From a virus, in IMG/VR virus record IMGVR_UViG_3300028840_006907, positions 96,001-160,000 of that record: 64,000 bases of DNA; one strand, written 5' to 3'. A program made the translations under genes and the position numbers. Positions 29,188 through 37,325 of the stretch are shown piece by piece. The notes beneath the pieces were generated by a model. The model had not been told where the DNA came from. It was given only the letters and a program-made list of their open reading frames with translations, and did no database searches. The number at the start of each line of letters is the position of its first letter. Position 1 is the first letter of the stretch.

Positions 29188-29732
29188 ATGAGAATTTTAC
29201 GTATCCGAAATTGATAAAACATTATGGAGACAATCTCTTAAATAAAGAATGCAATATAACTACACTTGAGAATGTTCTCCCGAAATATAACGAATTTTTT
29301 ATAAAACCTTGTAAGGATAGTAAAGTTTTCTCAGGACAAAGGATGACCTGGGTAGAATTTAAAGAGTGGAGAGAAAGAATCTTAGAACTCGGATGGGAGG
29401 GTTCAGTAAAGGGAAGTACCTGTGTAGTACAGGCACCTGTAAAAGAAATCTACCGGGAGTACCGGTTCTTTATAGTGAATGGTAAAGTTGTCACAGGTTC
29501 GCAATACAGAGTAGGAATGCGGGTATTTTCAACGGAATGTCATGAAAAGGATGTAATTGAATATGCTCAACGAATGGTTGATCTCTGGAGTCCGGATGTA
29601 GGTTTTGTCATTGACATAGCACTAACTCCTGAAGGATTCAAAGTTATCGAGATAAACTGTTTAAATGCTTCAGGCTTTTATGCCTGTGATATGAGTAAAG
29701 TAGTTTTTGCATTGGAGAAAATTTATAATTAA
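29142..29732 (+). CDS. ATP-grasp domain protein (C-terminal part)
   Basis: 196 aa; EYRFFIVNGKVV...VIDIALT...KVIEINCLNASGFY. Confidence 0.55.
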   Translation: MEGCQKKRWHPGVFVNENFTYPKLIKHYGDNLLNKECNITTLENVLPKYNEFFIKPCKDSKVFSGQRMTWVEFKEWRERILELGWEGSVKGSTCVVQAPVKEIYREYRFFIVNGKVVTGSQYRVGMRVFSTECHEKDVIEYAQRMVDLWSPDVGFVIDIALTPEGFKVIEINCLNASGFYACDMSKVVFALEKIYN

Positions 29733-29733
29733 C

Positions 29734-29819
29734 GCAGACGTGCTGGAATGGTAGACAGGCTTGGCTAAGGACCAAGTGTTCGTATGGGCGTGAGAGTTCG
29801 AGTCTCTCCGTCTGCACCA
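29734..29819 (+). tRNA. tRNA-Leu (anticodon read as AAG), type II
   Basis: Hand fold: acceptor GCAGACG/CGTCTGC, loop CTAAGGA, long variable arm, CCA. Confidence 0.75.
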
Positions 29820-29833
29820 TATAGGAAGTAAAG

Positions 29834-29998
29834 ATGGGCGAATGTAATTGCTGTTATATGACAATGGGAGAACATGCTTTGACTTGCCCTGCGTATAAAA
29901 GGGATAAAAGTCAGCCCTGTGATTGTTGCTATATGACAACAGGAGAACATGCTCTTACTTGCCCACAGTATGAAATTGAAGATAATGAGGAGGATTAA
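29834..29998 (+). CDS. small Cys-rich protein with internal tandem repeat (54 aa)
   Basis: Hand translation MGECNCCYMTMGEHALTCPAYKRDKSQPCDCCYMTTGEHALTCPQYEIEDNEED; RBS AGGAAG. Confidence 0.45.
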   Translation: MGECNCCYMTMGEHALTCPAYKRDKSQPCDCCYMTTGEHALTCPQYEIEDNEED

Positions 29999-30077
29999 GA
30001 TGGGACTGAACTCATCGTTGTTTAAACGTAAGTGGTTTGTAGATTAAGACCTGAGCCTGAGTGCTACAGGTCTGTAC

Positions 30078-30150
30078 GGGCTTGTGGCCAAGTTGGTAAG
30101 GCTCTTGACTTTTAATCAAGAAATCGTCAGTTCGATCCTGACCAGGCCCA
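30078..30150 (+). tRNA. tRNA-Lys (anticodon TTT)
   Basis: Hand fold: acceptor GGGCTTG/CAGGCCC, loop CTTTTAA. Confidence 0.85.
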
Positions 30151-30159
30151 TATGTAAAC

Positions 30160-30236
30160 GCTCCCGTAACTCAGTTGGTCAGAGTAGCTGATTCTTAATC
30201 AGCGAGTCGAGTGTTCAAATCACTCCGGGAGTACCA
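30160..30236 (+). tRNA. tRNA-Lys (anticodon CTT)
   Basis: Hand fold: acceptor GCTCCCG/CGGGAGT, loop TTCTTAA, CCA. Confidence 0.8.
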
Positions 30237-30255
30237 TAAGTAAAGTAAATAATTC

Positions 30256-30344
30256 GGAAGGGAGCCAGATATTGGTTAGCTGGGGCTGTCTGCTAAACAG
30301 TTGTTCTATAAGGACTTAGGGTTCAATTCCCTATCCTTCCGCCA
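30256..30344 (+). tRNA. tRNA-Ser (anticodon GCT), type II
   Basis: Hand fold: acceptor GGAAGGG/TCCTTCC, loop CTGCTAA, long variable arm, CCA. Confidence 0.8.
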
Positions 30345-30360
30345 TAAAAAGAAGATTAGC

Positions 30361-30603
30361 ATGAAAGATGAAGATGAACTTAAATGGTGTGATGACGATT
30401 GCAAAAATTGTGATGACGATTCAATAATTAAAGAAATACATGCTATTCGGAAGGAACATGCTAAAAGGTTTAATTATGATATAAAAGCTATGGGAGACGA
30501 TCACAAATTAAAACATCCAATCATTGTAGAGATGATGACTGCAAGTAGAAAAGGAGATCATGAAACTGTTAGAAAATTAAGACAAAAGTTGAATTCTATG
30601 TGA
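30361..30603 (+). CDS. small Cys-rich protein
   Basis: ORF trimmed to first ATG after tRNA-Ser; WCDDDCKNCDDD. Confidence 0.45.
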   Translation: MKDEDELKWCDDDCKNCDDDSIIKEIHAIRKEHAKRFNYDIKAMGDDHKLKHPIIVEMMTASRKGDHETVRKLRQKLNSM

Positions 30604-30767
30604 ATGAAAAGATTTTAAAAATGAATATGAAAAAGAAAGAACAGAAAAAGGCAATAAAATGGGGCAGAAGAAAGATATACATAGGAAGAAAAAGATTAAT
30701 GCCCGTAAACGAAAACCGTGTAATCGGGATTGCGAAAACTATAAAAAATTCAAGTGTTAATATATAG

Positions 30768-30845
30768 GGCCGAGTGGTGAAGTTGTTTTAACACGGTAGT
30801 CTGCAAAACTATTATGCGTCGGTTAGAATCCGACCTCGGCCTCCA
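30768..30845 (+). tRNA. tRNA-Cys (anticodon GCA)
   Basis: Hand fold: acceptor GGCCGAG/CTCGGCC, loop CTGCAAA, CCA. Confidence 0.75.
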
Positions 30846-31068
30846 GTTCTTTGAAATAAATAAGTATATCGAGTCCACGCGCAGATGTTAAGTCTGTGAG
30901 GAAGCTCAGGACATCACCGCTGACGGAAGGAGACGTAAGTCGTAGGTACTTCCTAGGATGCAACACAAACAGACCTATGCCGGTGAGCGGGGCTATGATG
31001 GTCGGGTTAGTGGCAAAGATAAATGTGGACATAAAACAGAATCCTGGCTACGGATATACTTATTATAC

Positions 31069-31175
31069 GGAGAGGTAGGTTTAATTGGTAAAATCAGTGC
31101 TTTGCACAGCACCTAAGCTAGCAAGGTGCCATTCCAGGGATGGATTTCGGGGTTCAAGTCCCCGTCTCTCTGCCA
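31069..31175 (+). other. atypical 107-nt tRNA-like element (canonical acceptor, D-arm and T-arm; aberrant anticodon region)
   Basis: GGAGAGG/TCTCTCT acceptor pairing, D-arm GGTTTAATTGGTAAAATC, T-arm CGGGGTTCAAGTCCCCG, CCA; middle holds GTGCTTTGCAC hairpin and GCTAGC palindrome. Confidence 0.35.
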
Positions 31176-31186
31176 ATAAATTATAC

Positions 31187-31275
31187 GGAGGTAGACCGGC
31201 TGGACGAGGAGCCTGTCTTGAAAACAGGTAGGGCTGTAAAAGGTCTTCGGGGTTCAAGTCCTCGTGCCTCCGCCA
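31187..31275 (+). tRNA. tRNA-Ser (anticodon TGA), type II
   Basis: Hand fold: acceptor GGAGGTA/TGCCTCC, loop CTTGAAA, CCA. Confidence 0.8.
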
Positions 31276-31351
31276 TAAAAACAATAGTTATCAAAAGGTA
31301 ACTATAAGTTCTTTGACATTTCGGTTATTATGAAGTAAGCACATATTTATA

Positions 31352-31430
31352 TGGTGAGCGTAGCTTAACTTGGTTAGAGCACTGGATTGTGGTTCCAGGA
31401 GTTGGGGATTCGAGTTCCCTCGCTCACCCC
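31352..31430 (+). tRNA. tRNA-His (anticodon GTG)
   Basis: Extra 5' G(-1) opposite C73, loop TTGTGGT, CCA. Confidence 0.85.
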
Positions 31431-31459
31431 ATAAATTTTCATTTTATATAGAATGAAAC

Positions 31460-31549
31460 GAGTAGGAGGTCAGATAGTGGTTGGCTGCACCGGACTGTAA
31501 ATCCGGATCTCGTAAAGGGACGCTGGGGGTTCGACGCCCTCCCTACTCA
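31460..31549 (+). tRNA. tRNA-Tyr (anticodon GTA), type II
   Basis: Hand fold: acceptor GAGTAGG/CCTACTC, loop CTGTAAA, long variable arm. Confidence 0.8.
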
Positions 31550-31563
31550 TTTGTCAATTTTAT

Positions 31564-31649
31564 GGAGAGCAACCGAATGGTTAGGAGGCGGTTTCGAAAA
31601 CCGTTAAGGCTGAAAGGCTAACTAAGTTCGATTCTTAGGCTCTCCGCCA
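31564..31649 (+). tRNA. tRNA-Ser (anticodon CGA), type II
   Basis: Hand fold: acceptor GGAGAGC/GCTCTCC, loop TTCGAAA, CCA. Confidence 0.8.
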
Positions 31650-32066
31650 TTAACAAACAGATTTTAAAAAAGATGATGCTACTCTTTTAATTGCTTCTTT
31701 ATCGGCGTTTTCCATTTGATTAACAATTTTTTTGGCCCAGGTATATCCAGAATCACCTCCCCAAACAAGCCATGCTACATAACCTTTATCTTTCCATGGT
31801 TCATTTTTATATTCTGGGTTTATCTTTTTATTCTTTTGATGACGGTCGAAGAAAGCTTTCATTCTTTTGACTGTTTTGGGAGATAAAATATCTCTGTTTT
31901 TAAGATTAACAGCTCTTTGAACACCAGACCCAACACCTTCTGCTTTTGCCTGTTCAACTGTTAGTCCTCCTTTACCACCGGCCATTCTTCTATATCTTAA
32001 ACCTTTTTCAGCTTCTTTGGCTACTGATTCAGGAGGTTTAAAATTGATATGTTCATATTTTTTCAT
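31650..32066 (-). CDS. hypothetical protein
   Basis: 138 aa ORF, Gly-rich GGKGGLT and WLVWGGDSGY motifs. Confidence 0.5.
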   Translation of the reverse strand: MKKYEHINFKPPESVAKEAEKGLRYRRMAGGKGGLTVEQAKAEGVGSGVQRAVNLKNRDILSPKTVKRMKAFFDRHQKNKKINPEYKNEPWKDKGYVAWLVWGGDSGYTWAKKIVNQMENADKEAIKRVASSFLKSVC

Positions 32067-32116
32067 AATAAATAACTCCTTATTATGTTTTTATATATTT
32101 ATAGATAATTATTTTT

Positions 32117-32202
32117 GGAGGATATCCGAATTGGTTTAGGGGCTCGGTTGGAAACCGAGTGGGCTCAATGCCTTGCAGGTTCGATCCCTGTGTCCTCCGC
32201 CA
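32117..32202 (+). tRNA. tRNA-Ser (anticodon GGA), type II
   Basis: Hand fold: acceptor GGAGGAT/GTCCTCC, loop TTGGAAA, CCA. Confidence 0.8.
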
Positions 32203-32282
32203 CTTTTTCAAAAAAACTTCCGAACAATTCTTGTTCTCATGTCGTATCATATATAGGGGCTGTTTTTTATGAAAGGTAAGAT

Positions 32283-32624
32283 ATGGGTCGATACCAAATA
32301 GCACTGGAGAAAAAACCTAAAAAGATCGAGTTAAATAAATCCGATACTAAGAAAATTGATATTTCTAATAAATCTGAATTAAAACAATCATATTTCACCG
32401 ATCTTAAAGTGATGATGGAGTTTATGGCTGAAAAGGGTGGTAATTGGATACCAGAAAAAGATCTTTATTTTGAAGAGATCCCTTTAGTAGCCTATAAATC
32501 TGATAACGAAATGGTTGTCATTACTGCAAAGGATATGCATCTTACGGAAAAGAATATAACGGAAATGGACAGAAAATCTTTTAGATCTGAGAAACCTCTT
32601 CGATTTAAAAAGTTTTTTGAGTAG
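32283..32624 (+). CDS. MxRY-family small protein (paralog 1)
   Basis: 113 aa; N-terminus MGRYQIALEKKPKK. Confidence 0.5.
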   Translation: MGRYQIALEKKPKKIELNKSDTKKIDISNKSELKQSYFTDLKVMMEFMAEKGGNWIPEKDLYFEEIPLVAYKSDNEMVVITAKDMHLTEKNITEMDRKSFRSEKPLRFKKFFE

Positions 32625-32636
32625 GATAGGAATCAT

Positions 32637-32945
32637 ATGAGCCGGTATCGTATCATAGTTGATGAAAAAAAAGAAGAAGAACAGATCCATTTAAGACAGG
32701 AACGAAATAAAGAAGAGAATAATCGCATATTTGACGATGTAAAAAAGATGAGTGACTTTATGTCCCTATTAAATTCAGTATGGGTTCCTACTCATTTTGG
32801 GTTCATTATGAAATACAGGGAATTTGAAGGAGTGATAACAGTTATTATAAGTACTGCAGAGTATAATAAAACAAAAGATCTTTTACCCAAAGAATTGTTA
32901 ATACAATTCGAAGCTCATGGAGTGGTAGTTTTTAAAAAATCATGA
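32637..32945 (+). CDS. MxRY-family small protein (paralog 2)
   Basis: 102 aa; N-terminus MSRYRIIVDEKK. Confidence 0.5.
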   Translation: MSRYRIIVDEKKEEEQIHLRQERNKEENNRIFDDVKKMSDFMSLLNSVWVPTHFGFIMKYREFEGVITVIISTAEYNKTKDLLPKELLIQFEAHGVVVFKKS

Positions 32946-33262
32946 GTAGATACAAAATAGCATTAAATAAGGGAAAGTCTCCCGAAGATAAAGAATTAAA
33001 TGAGTATTTTGCAAATAAACCAGAACATAGTATTTCGTTTATAAGTGCTGTAGATGTTTATAATTTTTTATCTGAAGAAAGTGATAAATGGTTCCCAGAT
33101 TCTGGGACACCTTTGATAATAAGTTATGTAAATAAAGATAAAAATAGATCGTTTATGATAACTCAATATAACTGGAATAAGACAAAGCATTTTATACCAG
33201 TATCTATTTTGAGATCCATTGAAGAAAGAGCACCGTTTTTCGTATCAAAAAAGAGAGTATGA
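32942..33262 (+). CDS. MxRY-family small protein (paralog 3)
   Basis: 106 aa; N-terminus MSRYKIALNKGK. Confidence 0.5.
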   Translation: MSRYKIALNKGKSPEDKELNEYFANKPEHSISFISAVDVYNFLSEESDKWFPDSGTPLIISYVNKDKNRSFMITQYNWNKTKHFIPVSILRSIEERAPFFVSKKRV

Positions 33263-33263
33263 A

Positions 33264-33788
33264 ATGGGACAAGAAATTTGGTTGTACCCAGATCCGGTTC
33301 AGATACCTAAGGTAAAAGAGTACGTTAAACTTTTAGGTAAGAGGGTGGATGATTATAATTACATCGATGGACCGGATTTTGATGGTTGGGAAATGAATTG
33401 TTGGATTGAATGGACAACAGTGGATCCCGAATGGGAGAGTGATACAGAAGAATACAGTTTTGAAGGTATGGATGAATTCTTAGAAATAGGTTATCAATCT
33501 CATCACTATAAGGGTGATTTCGCAGAATGTATTGCCTGGGAAATTAAAAAACGATTTACAATACTTAAAGTTGGTTGGGATTCAATTGGATGGTCCACTC
33601 AGTTCTGGGATAATGAGCCTTTTGATTTTCAGATAAAGATGAGACAAAAAACATTGAAAAAAGATTTGAGTGATGAAATGCGAAGGGATTTCGAAGAAGA
33701 AATAGTTATGATAAAAAAGATAAAAGAAGGCTGTATGGGTTTTGCCAAAGAGCTGTTCTTAAAAGCTGATCAATTACTAAAAAATTAA
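33264..33788 (+). CDS. hypothetical Trp-rich acidic protein
   Basis: ORF-track 33219-33788 trimmed to ATG just after upstream stop (MGQEIWLYPDP...). Confidence 0.5.
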   Translation: MGQEIWLYPDPVQIPKVKEYVKLLGKRVDDYNYIDGPDFDGWEMNCWIEWTTVDPEWESDTEEYSFEGMDEFLEIGYQSHHYKGDFAECIAWEIKKRFTILKVGWDSIGWSTQFWDNEPFDFQIKMRQKTLKKDLSDEMRRDFEEEIVMIKKIKEGCMGFAKELFLKADQLLKN

Positions 33789-33790
33789 AT

Positions 33791-33946
33791 ATGGGTAGAT
33801 ACGAGATAGCACTAGATAAGCAACCGAAGAGAGTTTTAAATTTGAATCATTTTAAACAACAAGCCCAAACTGTTATATCAAGCTGGCCTAAATGGAAAAG
33901 ACAGGGAGCGGGTAAAGAGGAAACAGCTCCAATTAAAAGAAAATGA
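33791..33946 (+). CDS. MxRY-family small protein (paralog 4, 51 aa)
   Basis: Hand translation MGRYEIALDKQPKRVLNL...; below ORF-track cutoff. Confidence 0.4.
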   Translation: MGRYEIALDKQPKRVLNLNHFKQQAQTVISSWPKWKRQGAGKEETAPIKRK

Positions 33947-33964
33947 GTTATTAAGGGATACAGT

Positions 33965-34318
33965 ATGAGTCGTTTTGATATTGCCTTGGGTAAAGAACTC
34001 CCAAAGGTAAAAAAGACCAAAAATTCTAAGAAAAGTAAGAAGGCTAAAAAGAAGGTTATTTCTCCGTATGATTTAAAGAGTAATGTAACTGTATTTACGA
34101 ATGCTCGTAAGATGTATGAGTTTATGGGTTTGGCAATAGGTTCTTGGCATCCTGTTATTTCTGACCCACCGGTGATTGGTTATCATAACCCGGCTTGGGA
34201 AGGGATCTCGGTTACAATTAGTGTTGAAGATTACAACAAAACAAAAAGTCCAATTAAGGGTATTAAGATGCCTGTTATGAGTCCTGTTGAAATTGTAGGA
34301 AATTTGTTTAGAAAATAA
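33965..34318 (+). CDS. MxRY-family small protein (paralog 5)
   Basis: 117 aa; N-terminus MSRFDIALGKELPK. Confidence 0.5.
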   Translation: MSRFDIALGKELPKVKKTKNSKKSKKAKKKVISPYDLKSNVTVFTNARKMYEFMGLAIGSWHPVISDPPVIGYHNPAWEGISVTISVEDYNKTKSPIKGIKMPVMSPVEIVGNLFRK

Positions 34319-34320
34319 AT

Positions 34321-34397
34321 GGCAGTGTAGCATAGTAGATTAATGCATTCGGCTCATATCCGGGAGATCGGAGGTTTAATTCCTCTCACTGCCACCA
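34321..34397 (+). tRNA. tRNA-Met/Ile2 (anticodon CAT)
   Basis: Hand fold: acceptor GGCAGTG/CACTGCC, loop CTCATAT, CCA. Confidence 0.75.
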
Positions 34398-34420
34398 ATT
34401 TACATAAAGAAAGAAGTAGT

Positions 34421-34621
34421 ATGACATATGAATTAGAATTTGATCCTGAATATGAAGAACAAATTCGTGAGGCAGAATTACTTGCTAGTGATATATGCCC
34501 TACGTGCCTTGGTTCAGGTAAGGTCTATGGTAAATGGAATACAAAAAAACGGTGTACTGACTGTGATGGTACAGGAAAACACCCGGATAATCATAAAGAA
34601 GAAAAGGAGCTTCCTTATTAA
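34421..34621 (+). CDS. small DnaJ-type zinc-finger protein (CXXCXGXG x2)
   Basis: Trimmed to ATG after tRNA; CPTCLGSGK and CTDCDGTGK. Confidence 0.5.
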   Translation: MTYELEFDPEYEEQIREAELLASDICPTCLGSGKVYGKWNTKKRCTDCDGTGKHPDNHKEEKELPY

Positions 34622-34900
34622 TGGCAACAAACAACCAGACTACAACGCGCTGGGATCCTAATGGTGAAATCGTGAAAAACTATGGTTGTTTGAGCGATTG
34701 TGACGGTGCGATAATCCGATGACGGTGGACTCCGTAGCTGAAGCTCCATATCAGCTTCTATGGGTAACAATGGAGATAACCCATAGCGCAGGGCTGTCAT
34801 AGCTTTAGAGTGTCATATAAGGAAGTATCCTTATATAAATTTATTAACCCTTTACAAAGGAGGTAGATATGCTATAACACAATAAACAAGGAGTTATAGT

Positions 34901-35137
34901 ATGTCTAGAAGTTACAGAAAGCCGTATGTAAAAGACGGCTATGGATCAAAGGGCAAAAGATTCATGAAGAATTATGCCAATCGGGTGGTAAGGCATTCTA
35001 AGGATGTTCCGAATGGCAGAGCCTATAAGAAATTATTTTGTTCTTATGATATTTGTGATTATTATTTCTACGTGGAAGTAAAGAGAAAGGATGATCCTTA
35101 TTTTGAACCAGAGTTCTGGAAATACGCCAGAAAATGA
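34901..35137 (+). CDS. hypothetical basic protein
   Basis: 78 aa ORF. Confidence 0.4.
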   Translation: MSRSYRKPYVKDGYGSKGKRFMKNYANRVVRHSKDVPNGRAYKKLFCSYDICDYYFYVEVKRKDDPYFEPEFWKYARK

Positions 35138-35309
35138 AATAAAAGTACAAGCTACAAGGATAATGCAGGAATTACTTAAACGCATCTTAGACAATTCTGC
35201 AGAGGTAGGACGACCAGACCCAGACATAAGATATGGCTCTTCTCTTCATGTTTTAAGTAAATCCATTGGGCAAGTCATGGCGGAGGAATTGGAGAAATTG
35301 AAGAAATGA
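35091..35309 (+). CDS. hypothetical protein
   Basis: 72 aa ORF overlapping neighbour in another frame. Confidence 0.35.
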   Translation: MILILNQSSGNTPENEIKVQATRIMQELLKRILDNSAEVGRPDPDIRYGSSLHVLSKSIGQVMAEELEKLKK

Positions 35310-35503
35310 AAGTTTCATTCCATTTTTTATGGTATGACTTCTGGGTCGGGTTCTTTTGGGATCAAAAGAAACGAATTTTGTACTTTTGCCCATTACCATG
35401 TGCCGTTATTAAAATGAAATTCAGGAAAAGGAAAATTGATAAAGGTTTTCGACATCCAAAATTAAGCTTCTTTTATAAAGTTTTTAAAGGGAAAAAAGAA
35501 TAA
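35306..35503 (+). CDS. hypothetical protein
   Basis: 65 aa ORF. Confidence 0.35.
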   Translation: MKVSFHFLWYDFWVGFFWDQKKRILYFCPLPCAVIKMKFRKRKIDKGFRHPKLSFFYKVFKGKKE

Positions 35504-35557
35504 CTATTTGTGCTGTAATAAAGATGGGATTTTAATTGTAGAAAAAGTTATAGGATT

Positions 35558-36142
35558 ATGATGAGTGAAGCTCGTAAAAGTTATGCTAAACGTTCATTTA
35601 TTATAGGTAAATTTAAATATATCTTTAAAATATATGTTACTGAAGAACTAATATTTTCATCAGAGGATCTATTCCCTTTAAGGGATAAGACTATGATAAC
35701 ATTTTTTAGAACGAATTCTTATATTGAAACAGCAAAACAAATGAATATCTCAATTCCTGAATTAAAGAAAAAGATCTTAAATACTATAGAATTACTTGGA
35801 GAAGTTAGATCATTCTATTTAACGAAAAAACTTGTTAGGCATAATAAAAAAAGTAAAGATTGTAATTTAGGAACTTATAGAACAAAAAGAATAAGAGTAA
35901 GTGAATATAAAAAACCATTAGTTGAAGAATTCAGATGTAATATTAAGAGGTATCAAAATATAATGGGTAAATTTTTGAGCCCTTTAAAAAAGGATGTTAT
36001 GGAATTAATATTGAAAAACGGCTCTTATTTAAAAACAGCTAAAAGATTGAATATAACACCCAAAAAAGTCAGAAATGAGCTTGTGGGAATAGTTAAATTA
36101 CTTAAAAAGGTGAAAAAGACTGATTGGATTATTCCATCATAG
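35558..36142 (+). CDS. DNA-binding protein with two HTH repeats (sigma-70 region-4-like)
   Basis: 194 aa; repeated YIETAKQMNIS / YLKTAKRLNIT helix-turn-helix-like segments. Confidence 0.5.
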   Translation: MMSEARKSYAKRSFIIGKFKYIFKIYVTEELIFSSEDLFPLRDKTMITFFRTNSYIETAKQMNISIPELKKKILNTIELLGEVRSFYLTKKLVRHNKKSKDCNLGTYRTKRIRVSEYKKPLVEEFRCNIKRYQNIMGKFLSPLKKDVMELILKNGSYLKTAKRLNITPKKVRNELVGIVKLLKKVKKTDWIIPS

Positions 36143-36328
36143 AAAAGAGATATTATGACCATATGTCCTTATTGTAATGAACAAAGAAGTTTAGAGCATG
36201 ATAATTCATGTGTTCTCTGGAAACGAAGAATATACATAGGTTTTACGAATGCCCTGATGTGCCTTTTCGGGATACTTTTAATATTTGGTCTAATGTTTCT
36301 TGTAATAAAGTATGGTTGAAAGATTTAT

Positions 36329-36410
36329 GGCCGAGTGGCAGAATTGGCAGACGCGCTAGATTTAGGATCTAGTTTCGAAAGAATTGGAGGTTCGATCCCT
36401 CTCTCGGCTA
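36329..36410 (+). tRNA. tRNA-Leu (anticodon TAG), type II
   Basis: Hand fold: acceptor GGCCGAG/CTCGGCT, loop TTTAGGA, long variable arm. Confidence 0.8.
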
Positions 36411-36438
36411 TTTAAAGAATTCTTTAAAGGTAAATAAG

Positions 36439-36741
36439 ATGAGAACTTATGGACAAATAGTAGATGATGTAAAAAAGGTTTCAGGGCCTCAATTAGTGGC
36501 TTTGTTCTGCGTCATAGCAGGTGAGTGTATAAAAAAGAAATGTTTCAATCCTGGTGGGATGAAAACAACTATTGCCAGAATAGAAAACAGAATTGCTGAA
36601 GAAATGGGTAAAGAAGAACCTAAACCTAAGATAGCGGAATTAACGTGTGGAAGTTGTGGAGCCACTTACACTTTAGATACGAATTATATACATCGTACAT
36701 GTGGCTTACGGGGCTGTAAAGGTAAGTTACATAAATTATAA
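36439..36741 (+). CDS. zinc-ribbon protein
   Basis: 100 aa; CGSCG...CGLRGC. Confidence 0.45.
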   Translation: MRTYGQIVDDVKKVSGPQLVALFCVIAGECIKKKCFNPGGMKTTIARIENRIAEEMGKEEPKPKIAELTCGSCGATYTLDTNYIHRTCGLRGCKGKLHKL

Positions 36742-36749
36742 ATAAAAAT

Positions 36750-36833
36750 GATCGGGTGGAGGAATTGGGATACTCAGCAAATTTAAGCTTTGCTGTCCTT
36801 TGTGACATGCGGGTTCGATTCCCGCCCCGATTA
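36750..36833 (+). tRNA. tRNA-Leu (anticodon TAA), type II
   Basis: Hand fold: acceptor GATCGGG/CCCGATT, loop TTTAAGC, long variable arm. Confidence 0.8.
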
Positions 36834-36846
36834 TTATATAATAATT

Positions 36847-37323
36847 ATGGTTTACAAAAATTGTAGAACATACGGCCCTTATGAAGGTAAAGATGGTAGA
36901 CTAAGAGTATGTGTAGTTTACCCTGATTTGAGTAAAAGAACAGTATCATATCCTAAATATCTTATGGAGAAACATTTGAATAGATATTTAGAAAAGAATG
37001 AAACAATAGATCATAAAGATGAAAATCCTTTAAATAATAAATTAAGTAATTTGAATATTCTTATTAAAGGTGATCATTGCCGTAAACATGCTAAGAGATT
37101 GTTACCTAGAAGTTTTAGCTGCCCTCAATGTAAGAAACCGTTTGTTTTATCAGGACGAAGATTACATGATGCTATACAAAACAGAAAAAGAGGTAAAGTG
37201 GGTCCTTTTTGTAATAAAAGATGTGGGGGAATATACGGAACAGATGTTCAAAATAAAAGAATAGAAGTTTTAGATGTGATTCAAATACCTGTTGAATATG
37301 AGCCTAAAATAAAAGAGATATAG
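36847..37323 (+). CDS. HNH homing endonuclease
   Basis: Trimmed to ATG after tRNA-Leu; IDHKDENPLNNKLSNL HNH_3-like motif. Confidence 0.7.
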   Translation: MVYKNCRTYGPYEGKDGRLRVCVVYPDLSKRTVSYPKYLMEKHLNRYLEKNETIDHKDENPLNNKLSNLNILIKGDHCRKHAKRLLPRSFSCPQCKKPFVLSGRRLHDAIQNRKRGKVGPFCNKRCGGIYGTDVQNKRIEVLDVIQIPVEYEPKIKEI

Positions 37324-37325
37324 AC

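Noticed and set aside
29670-29950. Minus-strand ORFs 29670-29939 and 29765-29950
   Set aside because: Overlap tRNA-Leu and the plus-strand Cys-rich repeat gene; stop-free only because of local GC-rich RNA sequence.
30823-31284. ORFs 30823-31032 (-), 30896-31078 (+), 31081-31284 (-)
   Set aside because: Fall within the tRNA cluster and the GC-rich spacer; no RBS context or coding periodicity, interpreted as RNA-structure artefacts.
32083-32304. Minus-strand ORF 73 aa
   Set aside because: Antisense to tRNA-Ser(GGA).
32484-32690. Minus-strand ORF 68 aa within the MxRY paralog array
   Set aside because: Antisense to two tandem paralog genes; poly-Phe low-complexity translation.
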